The notes under the pieces were generated by a model. The model worked only from the letters and a program-made list of their open reading frames with translations. It did no database searches and had not been told where the DNA came from. From assembly GCF_009914755.1 (NCBI RefSeq), contig NC_060933.1: a stretch of 64,000 bases of DNA, one strand, 5' to 3'. The translations under genes were made by a program, and so were the position numbers. Below, one piece after another: positions 54,130-64,000 of the stretch (the stretch's first letter is position 1; the number at the start of each line of letters is the position of its first letter). The stretch is from the human T2T-CHM13v2.0 reference genome, Homo sapiens.

Positions 54130-54146
54130 TTTCGTTGGAAACGGGA
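54130..54146 (+). promoter_or_regulatory. CENP-B box (canonical)
   Basis: TTTCGTTGGAAACGGGA. Confidence 0.9.
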
Positions 54147-54804
54147 ATATCTTCATATAAAATCTAGACAGAATCATTCTCAGAAACATCTCTGTGATGA
54201 TTGCATTCAAGTCACACAGTTGAACATTCCGTTTCATAGAGCAGGTTTGAAACACTGATTTTGTCTTATGTGGAAGTGGACATTTGAGCGCATTGTGGCC
54301 TAAGGTGAAAAAGGAAATATCTTCCCATAAAAACTAGAAAGAAGCATTCTCAGAAACTAGTTCGTGATGTGTCCACTCAACTAACTGAGTCGAACCTTTC
54401 TTTTGATAGAGCAGATTTGAAACTCCCTTTTCGTAGAATCTGTAAGAGTATATTTTATAGCTTTGAGGATTTTGTTGGAAACAGGAATACCTTCATATAA
54501 AATCTAGAGAGAAGCATTCTCAGAATGTGCTGATTGCATTCAACTCACACTGTTGAACATTCCCTTTAATAGGGCAGGTTTGAAACAATGATTTTGTAGT
54601 ATGTGGAACTGGACATTTGGAGTGCTTTGTGGCCTATGGTAAAAAAGGAAATATCTTCCCATAAAAACTACACAGAAGCATTCTAAGAAACCAGTTTGTG
54701 ATGTGTGTACTCAACTAACAGAGTAGAACTTTTCTTTTGATAGAGCAGTTTTGAAACACTCTTTTTCTAGAATCAGCAAGTGGATATTTGGATAGCTTTG
54801 AGTA

Positions 54805-54821
54805 TTTCGTTGGAAACGGGA
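54805..54821 (+). promoter_or_regulatory. CENP-B box (canonical)
   Basis: TTTCGTTGGAAACGGGA. Confidence 0.9.
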
Positions 54822-57800
54822 ATATCTTCTTATAAAATCTATACAGAAGCATTATCAGAAATATCTTTGGGATGCTTGCATTCAAGTCTCAGAGTTGAAC
54901 ATTCCCTTTCATAGAGCAGGTTTGAAACAATGATTTTGTTGTATCTGGAACTGGACATTGTAATGCTTTTTTGACTATGGTGAAAAAGGAAATATCTTCC
55001 CATAAAAACTACACAGAAGCATTCTCAGAAACTAATTTGTGATGTGTGTAGTCAACTAACAGGGTTGAACCTTTCTTTTGATAGAGCAGTTTGGAAACAC
55101 TCCCTTTGTAGAATCTGCTATTGGATATTTGGATATCTTTGAGGATTTCGTTTTAAATGGAACATATTCATATGAAACCAAGACAGAATCATTCTCAGAA
55201 ACATCTTTGGAATGTTTGCATTCAAGTCTCAGAGTTGAACATTCCCTTTCATTGAACAGGTTTGAAACACTCTTTTCGCTGTATCTGGAAGTGGACATTT
55301 TGATCGCTTTGAGGCCTATGGTGAAAAAGGAAATATCTTCGCATAAAAACTATACAGAAGCATTCTCAGAAACTACTTTGAGATGTGTGTTCTCAACTAA
55401 CAGAGTTGAAGCTTTCTTTTGATAGAGCAGTTTTGAAACACTCTTTTTGCAGTATCTGCCAGTGGATATTTGGATAGCTCTGCGGAATTCATTGGAAACG
55501 GGAATAACTTCATATAAAATCTAGACAGAAGCAATATCAGAAACTTCTTTGTGATGTTTGCATTCAAGTCACAGAGTTGAACATTTGCTTTCATAGAGCA
55601 GGTTTGAGACACTGATGTTGCAGTATCTCGAACTGGGCGTTTGGAACGCTTTGAGGCCTGTAGTGAAAAAGGAAATATCTTAACATAAAAACTACAGAGA
55701 AGCATTCTCAGAATCTAGTTTGTGCTGTGTGTACTCAACTAACAGAATTGAACCTCTCTTCTGATAGAGCAGTTTTGAAACACTCTTTTTGTAGAATCTG
55801 CAAGAGGATATTTGGTCAGCTTTGAGGATTTCGTTGGAAATGGAATATCTTCATATAAAATCTAGACACAAGCATTCTCAGAAAAATCTCTGTGATGTCT
55901 GCATTCAAGTCCCAGAGTTGAACTTTCCCTTTCATAGAGCATGTTTCAAACACTCTTTTTTTAATATCTGGAAGTGGATATTTGTATTGATTTGGGGCCC
56001 ATGGTGAAAAAGGAAATATCTTACCATAAAAACTAGACAGAAGCATTCTCATAAACTTGTTTGTGATGTGGGTAGTCAACTAACAAGGTTGTACCTTTCT
56101 TTTGATAGTGCAGTGTTGAAACACTCTTTTTGTAGAATCTGCAAGTGGATATTTGGATAGATTTGAGGGTATCATTAGTAACGAAAATATCTTCATATAA
56201 AAATCTAGACAGAAGCATTCTCAGAAACATCTTTGGGATGTTTGCATTCAAGTCACAGAGTTGAACATTCCCTTTCATAGAGCAGGTTTGAAAGCCTCTT
56301 TTTGGGCTATCTCGAACTAGACATTTCGAACACATTGTGGCCTTTATTGAAAAAGGAAATATCTTCCCATAAAACTAGACAGAAGCACTCCCACAAACAT
56401 CTATGGGATGTTTGCATTCAAGACACAGAGTTGAACATTCCCTTTATTAGAGCAGGTTTCAAACCCTCTTTTTGTGGTATGTGGAAGTGGACAATTGGAT
56501 CGCTTTGAGGCCTACGGTGTAAAAGGAAATATCTTCGCATAAAAACTAGACAGAAGCATTCTGATAAACCTGTTTCTGAAGTGTGTACTCAACTATCAGA
56601 GTTCAACCTTTCTTTTGATAGAGCAGTTTTGAAACACACTTTTTGTAGAATCTGAAAGTGGATATTTGGATAGTTTTGAGGATTTCGGTGGAAACACGAG
56701 TATCTTCATATAAAATCTAGACAGAAGCATTCTCAGAAACATCTTTGGGATGCTTGCCTTCACATCAGAGAGTTGAACATTCCCTTTCATAGAGCAAGTT
56801 TGAAACACTCTTTTTGTGGTATCTGGAAGTGGACATTTTGATCGCTTTGAGGCTCATGGTGAAAAAGGAAATATCTTCGCATAAAAACTAGACAGAAGCA
56901 TTCTCATAAACCTGTTTGTGATGTGTGTACTCAACTAACAGAGTTGAACCTTTCTTTTGATAGAGCAGTTTTGAAACACTCTTTTTGTAGAATCTGCAAG
57001 TGGATATTTTGATAGCTTTGACGGTTTCGTTGGAAACGGAAATATCTTCATATAAAATCTAGACAGAAGCATTCTCAGAAACATCTCTGTGATGTTTGCA
57101 TTCAAGACACATAGTTGAACTTTCTCTTTACTGTAACAGCTTTGAAACACTGATTTTGTAGTATCTGGAACTGGACATTTCATGTGCATTGTGGCCTATA
57201 TTGAAAAAGGAAATATCTTCCCATAAAAATTGACAGAAACATTCTCAGAAACTAGTTTGTGATGTGTGTACTCAACTAACACAGTTGAAACTTTCTTTTG
57301 ATAGAGGAGTTTTGAAACACTCTTTTTGTAGAATCTGCAAGTGGATATTTGGATACCTTTGAGGATTTCGTTGCAAACAGGAATATCTTCAGGTAAAATC
57401 TACACAGAAGCATTCTCAGAAACATCTTTCGGATGTTTGCATTCAAGTAACAGTGTTGAACATTCCCTTTCTTAGAGCAGGTTTGAAACACTCTTTTTGT
57501 AATATCTGGAAGTGGACATTTGGATCGCTTTGAGGTCTGTGGTGAAAAAGAAAGTACCTTGGCATAAAAACTAGACAGAACCATTCTCATAAACTTGTTT
57601 GTGATGTGTGTACTCAACTAACAGAGTTGAACCTTTCTTTTGATAGAACAGTTTGAAACAATCTTTTGGTAGAATCTACAAGAGGATATTTGGATAGCTT
57701 TGAGTATTTCATCGGAAACGGGAATATGTTTATATAAAATCTAGACAGAAGCATTATCAGAAACATCTTTGTGATGTTTGCAATCAAGTCACAGATTTGA

Positions 57801-58048
57801 ACATTCCCTTTCATAGAGCAGGTTTGAAACACTCTTTTTGTAGTATCTGGAAGTGGACATTTGGATCACTTTGAGGCCTATGGTGTAAAAGGAAATATCT
57901 TCGCATAAAAACTAGACAGAAGCATTCTCACAAACTTGTCTGTGATATGTGTACTCAACTAACAGAGGTGAACCTTTCTTTTGATAGAGCAGTTTTGAAA
58001 CACTCTTTTTGGAGAATCTGCAAGTGGGTATTTGGATAGCTTTGAGGA

Positions 58049-58065
58049 TTTCGTTGGAAACGGGA
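58049..58065 (+). promoter_or_regulatory. CENP-B box (canonical)
   Basis: TTTCGTTGGAAACGGGA. Confidence 0.9.
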
Positions 58066-58732
58066 ATATCCTAATACAAAATCTAGAAAGAAGCATTCTC
58101 AGAAACATATCTGTGATGTTTGCATTCAAGTCACAGGGGTGAATATTCCCTTTTCTGGAGCAGGTTTGAAAAACTGATTTTGTGGTATCTGGAACTGGAC
58201 ATTTCGAGCGCACTGTGGCCTTTATTGAAAAAGGAAATATCTTCCCATAAAAACTAGACAGAAATATTCTCAGAAACTACTTTGTGATGTGTGTACTCAA
58301 CTATCAGAGTTGAACCTTTCTTTTCATAGAGCAGTTTTGAAACACACTTATTCTAGAATCTGCAAGTGGATATTTGGATAGCTTTGAGGAATTCGGTGGA
58401 AACGCGAATATCTTCATATAAATTCTAGACAGAAGCATTCTCAGAAACATCTTTGGGATGTTTGCCTTCACATCAGACAGTTGAACATTCCCTTTCATAG
58501 GGCAGGTTTGAAATACTCTTTTTGTAGTATCTGGAAGTGGACATTTGGAACGGTATCAGGCCTATGGTTAAAAAGGAAATATCTTCCCATAAAAACAAGA
58601 CAGAAGCACTCTCAGAAACTTATTTCTGATATCTGTCCTCACTTAACGGACATGAACCTTTCTTTTTATAGAGCACTTTTGAAACACTCTTTTTGTAGTA
58701 TCTGCAAGTGGATATTTGGATGGCTTTGAGGA

Positions 58733-58749
58733 TTTCGTTGGAAACGGGA
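58733..58749 (+). promoter_or_regulatory. CENP-B box (canonical)
   Basis: TTTCGTTGGAAACGGGA. Confidence 0.9.
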
Positions 58750-60084
58750 ATATCTTCCTATAAAATCTAGACAGAAGCATTCTGAGAAACTTCTTTGTGA
58801 TGTTTGCATAAAAGACACAGAGTTGAACATTCCCTGTCATAGAGCAGGTTTGAAACAATCTTTTTGTAGTATCTGGAAGTGGACACTTCGAACGCTTTCA
58901 GGCCTATGGTTAAAAAGGAAACATCTTCTCATATAAAGAAGACAGAAGCATTCTCAGAAACTTATTTGTGATGTGTGTCCTAAACTAACAGACTTGAAAC
59001 TGTCTTGATACAGCAGTTTTCAAACACTCTTTTTCTAGAATCTGCAAGTGGACATTTGGATAGTTTTGAGGATTTCGTTGCAAACGGGATTACATATAAA
59101 AAGTAGACAGCAGCATTCTCAGAAACTTCTTGTGATGTTTGCATTCAAGTCACAGAGTTGAACATTCCCTGTCATAGAGCAGGTTTGAAACAATCTTTTT
59201 GTAGTATCTGGAAGTGGACACTTCGAACGCTTTCAGGCCTATGGTTAAAAACGAAATATCTTCTCATATAAACAAGACAGAAGCATTCTCAGAAATTTAT
59301 TTGTGATGTGTGTCCTCAACTAACAGACTTGAACCTGCCTTTTAATACAGCAGTTTTGAAACACTCTTTTTGTAGAATCTGCAAGTGGACATTTGGACAG
59401 CTTTGAGGATTTCGTTGGAAACTGGATTACATATAAAAAGTAGACAGTAGAATTCTCAGAAACTTTTTGTGATGTTTGCATTCAAGTCACAGAGTTGAAC
59501 ATACCCTTTCATAGAGCAGGTTTGATACACTCTTTTTGTAGTATCTGGAAGTGGACATTTGGAGCGCTTTGTGGCCTACGGTAAAAAAGGAAGTACCCTC
59601 CCATAAAAACAACATAGAAGCAATCTCAGAAACTTGTTTATGCTGTATCTACTCAACGAACAGTGTGCAAACTTTCTATTGATAGAGCAGGTGTGAAACA
59701 CTCTTTTTTTGGAATCTGCAGGTGCATACTTGGATAGAATTGAGGATTTCGTTGGAAAAGGGATTACTTATAAAAAGTAGACTGCAGCATTCTCAGAAAC
59801 TTCTTTGTGATGTTTGCATTCAAGTCACAGAGTTGAACATTCCCTTTCATAGAGCAGGTTTGAAACACTCTTTTTGTAGTATCTGGAAGTGGACATTTCC
59901 AACGCTTTCAGGCCTACGGAGAAAAAGGATATATCTTCCCATAAAAACAAGACAGAAGCATTCTCAGAAACTTATTTGTGATGTGTGTCCTCAACTAACG
60001 GACTTGAACCTTTCTTTTTATAGAGCACTTTTGAAACACTCTTTTTGTACTATCTGCAAGTGGATAGTTGGATGGCTTTGACGA

Positions 60085-60101
60085 TTTCGTTGGAAACGGG
60101 A
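60085..60101 (+). promoter_or_regulatory. CENP-B box (canonical)
   Basis: TTTCGTTGGAAACGGGA. Confidence 0.9.
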
Positions 60102-60426
60102 ATATCTTCCTATAAAATCTACACAGAAGCATTCTCAGAAACTTCTTTGTGATGTTTGCATTCAAGTCACAGAGTTGAACATTCCCTGTCATAGAGCAGG
60201 TTTGAAACAATCTTTTTTTAGTATCTGGAAGTGGACACTTCGAACGCTTTCAGGCCTATGGTTAAAAAGGAAATATCTTCTCATGTAAACAAGACAGAAG
60301 CATTCTCAGAAACATATTTGTGATGTGTGACCTCAACTAACAGACTGGAACCTGCCTTTTGATACAGCAGTTTTGAAACACTCTTTTTGTAGAATCTGCA
60401 AGTGGACATTTGGATAGCTTTGAGGA

Positions 60427-60443
60427 TTTCGTTGGAAACGGGA
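60427..60443 (+). promoter_or_regulatory. CENP-B box (canonical)
   Basis: TTTCGTTGGAAACGGGA. Confidence 0.9.
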
Positions 60444-60764
60444 TTACATATAAAAAGTAGACAGCAGCATTCTCAGAATCTTCTTTGTGATGTTTCCATT
60501 CAAGTCACAGAGTTTAACATTCCCTTTCATAGAGCAGGTTTGAAACACACTTTTTGTAGTATCTGGAAGTGGACATTTCCACTGCTTTCAGGCCTACGGT
60601 GAAAAAGGAAATATCTTCCCATAAACACAAGACAGAAGCATTCTCAGAAACTTATTTCTGATGTGTGTCCTCAACTAACGGACTTGAACCTTTCTTTTTA
60701 TAGAGCACTTTTGAAACACTCTTTTTGTACTATCTGAAATTGGATACTTGGATTGCTTTGACGA

Positions 60765-60781
60765 TTTCGTTGGAAACGGGA
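60765..60781 (+). promoter_or_regulatory. CENP-B box (canonical)
   Basis: TTTCGTTGGAAACGGGA. Confidence 0.9.
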
Positions 60782-62125
60782 ATATCTTCCTATAAAATCT
60801 AGACAGAAGCATTCTCAGAAACTTCTTTGTGAGGTTTGCATTGAAGTCACCGAGTTGAACATTCTCTTTCATAGAGCAGGTTTGAAACACTCTTTTTGTA
60901 GTATCTGGAAGTGGACATTTCCAACGCTTTGAGGCCTACGGTGAAAAAGGAAATATCTTCCCATAAAAACAAGACAGAAGCATTCTCAGAAACTTATTTC
61001 TGATGTGTGTCCTCAACTAATGGACATGAACCTTTCTTTTTATAGAGCACTTTTGGAACACTCTTTTTGTAGTATCTGCTAGTGGATATTTGCATGGCTT
61101 TGATGTTTTCGTTGGAAACTGGAATATCTTCGTATAAAATCTAGACAGAAGCATTCTCAGAAACTTCTTTGTGATGTTTGCATTCAAGTCACAGAGTTGA
61201 ACATTCCCTGTCATAGAGCAGGTTTGAAACAATCTTTTTGTAGTATCTGGAAGTGGACACTTCGAAAGCTTTCATGCCTATTGTTAAAAAGTAAATATCT
61301 TCTCATATAAAAAAGACAGAAATATTCTCAGAAATTTACTTGTGATGTGTGTCTTCAACTAACACACTTGAACTTGTCTTGATACAGCAGTTTTCAAACG
61401 GTCTTTTTCTAGAATCTGCAAGTGGACATTTGTATAGCATTGAGGATTTCGTTGCAAACGGGATTAAATAAAAAAGGTAGACAGCAGCATTCTGAGAAAC
61501 TTTTTGTGATGTTTGCATTCAAGTCACAGAGTTGAACATTCCCTTTCATAGAGCAGGTTTGAAACTCACTTTTTGTAGTATCTGGAAGTGGACATTTCTA
61601 ACGCTTTCAGGCCTACAGTGAAAAAGGAAATATCTTCCCATAAAAACAAGAGAGAAGCATTCTCAGAAACTTATTTCTTATGTGTGTCCTCAACTAACGG
61701 ACTTGAACCTTTCTTTTTATAGAGCACTATTGAAACACCCTTTTTGTAGTATCTGCAAGTGGTTATTGGGATAGCTTTGACGATTTCATTGTAAACGGGA
61801 ATATCTTCCTATAAAATCTAGACAGGAGCATTCTCAGAAACTTCTTTGTTATGTTAGCATTCAAGTCACAGAGTTGAACATTCCCTTTCATAGAGGAGGT
61901 ATGAGACACTCTTTTTGTAGTCTCTGGACGTCGACATTTGGAGCGCTTTGAGGCCTATGTTGGAAAAGGAACTATCTTCCCATAAAAATGAGATAGAATC
62001 AATCTCAGAAACTTGTTTATGCTGTATCTACTCACGTAACAGTGTTGAACCTTTCTATTCTTAGAGCAGGTTTGAAACACTCTTTTTTTGGAATCTGCAT
62101 GTGGACATTTGGATAGATTTGAGTA

Positions 62126-62142
62126 TTTCGTTGGAAACGGGA
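62126..62142 (+). promoter_or_regulatory. CENP-B box (canonical)
   Basis: TTTCGTTGGAAACGGGA. Confidence 0.9.
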
Positions 62143-64000
62143 TTACATATAAATAGTAGACAGCAGCATTCTCAGAAACTTCTTTGTGATGTTTGCATTC
62201 AAGTCACAGAGTTAAACATTCCCTCTCATAGAACAGGTTGGAAACACTCTTTTTGTAGTGTCTGGAAGTGGACATTTGCAACGGTATCAGGCCTATGGAT
62301 GAAAAGGAAATATCTTCCCATAAAAACAAGATGGAAGCATCCTCAGAAACATATTTGTGATGTGTGTCCTCAGCTAACAAACTTGAACCTTTCTTTTGAT
62401 ACAGCAGTTTTGAAACACTCTTTTTGGAGAATCTGCAAGTGGATATTTGGATACTTTTGAGGATGTCCTTGGCAACGGGATTACATATAAAAAGTAGAGA
62501 GCAGCATTCTTAGAAACTTCTTTGTGATGTTTCCTTTCATGTCACAGATTTGAGCATTCCCTTTCATACAGCAGGTTTGAGACAGTCTTTTTGTAGTATC
62601 TCGAAGTGGACATTTCGAGCTCTTTGAAGCCTATGGTGAAAAAGGAAATATCTTCCCATAAAAGCTAGAGAGAAGCATTCTCAGAATCATGTTTGTGACG
62701 TGTGTACTCAACAAACAGAGTTGAACCTTTCTTTTGATAGAGGACCTTTGAAACACTCTTTTTGTAGAATCTGCAAGTGGATATTTGGATAGCTTTGAGG
62801 ATTTCGTTGCAAACGGGGTTACATATAAAAAGTAGACAGCAGCATTCTGAGAAAATTTTGTGATGTTTGCATTCAAGTCACAGAGTTGAACATTCCCTTT
62901 CATAGAGCAGGTTTGAAACACTCTTTTTGTAGTATCTGGAAGTGGACATTTCCAACACTGTCAGGCCTACGGTGAAAAAGGAAGTAGCTTCCCATAAAAA
63001 CAAGACAGAAGCATTCTCTGAAACTTATTTCTGATGTCTGTCCTCAACTAACGGATATGAAACTTTCTTTTTATGGAGCACTTTTGAAACACTGTTTTTG
63101 TAGTATCTGCAAGGGGATACTTGGATGGCTTTGACGATTTCATTGGAAACGAGAATATCTTCCCATAAAAACAAGACAGAAGCATTCCCAGAAACTTGTG
63201 ATGTGTGTCCTCAACTAACAGACTTGAACCATTCTTTTGATACATCTGTTTTGAAACAGTCTTTTTGTGGAATCTGCAAGTGGATATTTGGATAGCTTTG
63301 AGGATTTCGTTGGAAACGTGATTACATATAAAATATAGACAGCAGCATTTTCAGAAACTTCTTTGTGATGTTTCCATTCAAGTCACAGATTTGAACATTC
63401 CCTTTCATAGAGCAGGTTTGAGACACACTTTTTGTAGTATCTGGAAGTGGACTTTTGGAGAGATTTGTGGCCTATGGTAAAAAAGGAAGTATCTTCCCAT
63501 AAAAAAGAGATAGAAGCAATCTCAGAAACTTATTTAAGCTGTATCTACTAAACTAACCGTGTTCAACCATTCTACTGATAGAGCATGTGTGAAACACTCT
63601 TTTTTTGGAATCTGAATGTGCGTATTTAGATAGATTTGAGGATTTCGTTGCAAACGGGATTACATATAAAAAGTAGATAGCAGCATTCTCAGAAACTTCT
63701 TTCTGATATTTCCATTCAAGTCCCAGAGATGAGCACTCCATTTCATAGAGCAGGTTTGAAACGATCTTTTTGTAGTATCTGGAAGTGGACATTTCAAGCG
63801 CTTTCAGGACTATGTTGAGAAAGGTAGGGTCTTCTAATAAAAACTACACAGAAGCATTCTCAGAAACGTATTTGTGATGGGTGTCCTCAACTAACAGAGT
63901 TGAACGTTTGTTTTCATACAGCAGTTTGGTAACACTCTTTTTGTAGAAGCTACAAGTGTATATTTGAAGAGCTTTTAAAATTTCGTTGGAATCGGCAATA

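Larger units (their letters stand above)
50606..58540 (+). repeat. Alpha satellite, 171 bp monomers, divergent A/B dimeric layer (R1/R2, SF5-like)
   Basis: Recurrent AGACAGAAGCATTCTCAGAAAC every ~171 bp. pJalpha-box monomers (CCTATGGTGAAAAAGGAAAT) alternate with CENP-B-box monomers (TTTCGTTGGAAACGGGAATATCTTCATATAAAATCTAG), with one AA irregularity. Alpha identity is certain; the SF5 label is inference. Confidence 0.9.
58541..64000 (+). repeat. Alpha satellite, SF2 (D1/D2)-like divergent HOR layer; runs off the window end
   Basis: New signatures appear here and are absent upstream: GGGATTACATATAAAAAGTAGACAGCAGCATTC, AAAAACAAGACAGAAG...TGTGTCCTCAACTAAC and CAATCTCAGAAACTTGTTTATGCTGTATCTA. I recall these from SF2 HORs. 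Confidence 0.8.

Noticed and set aside
50632-63792. Recurring 60-140 aa ORFs (MFQTCSMKGNVQLCDLNANI...) spaced ~340 bp apart
   Set aside because: They are chance frames through the alpha-satellite dimer, not a gene family.
50606-64000. CRISPR-like array of conserved AGACAGAAGCATTCTCAGAAAC with spacers
   Set aside because: The intervening sequences are homologous to each other (171 bp monomers), there are no cas genes, and the context is eukaryotic.

Overview
This is primate, most likely human, pericentromeric DNA. It is not prokaryotic, and I find no credible protein-coding gene, RNA gene or CRISPR array. Left to right it contains: (1) ~11.9 kb of AT-rich sequence full of old interspersed repeats (AluJ-like, a truncated AluY-like left arm, L1M relics, MLT1A, MLT1E-like, MER77-like LTR), a ~1.9 kb CpG-rich GCCGCGGCTTTTTGCCCCC minisatellite and a ~470 bp pure-purine GA tract; (2) a ~38.7 kb diverged Human Satellite II (HSat2/HSATII) block, ~11878-50605, with nested internal duplications from ~50 bp to ~13 kb; (3) a sharp junction into alpha satellite, 50606 to the window end. 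The alpha satellite first has R1/R2 (SF5)-like A/B alternation, then from ~58540 SF2 (D1/D2)-like monomers in a scrambled higher-order pattern with more intact CENP-B boxes. This suggests the active centromere lies 3' of the window. The many ORFs in the track are artefacts of low-complexity repeats. I see no evidence for a new gene-encoded system; the interest is structural and evolutionary. All family assignments are from recalled consensus sequences and manual motif comparison, not from database searches.
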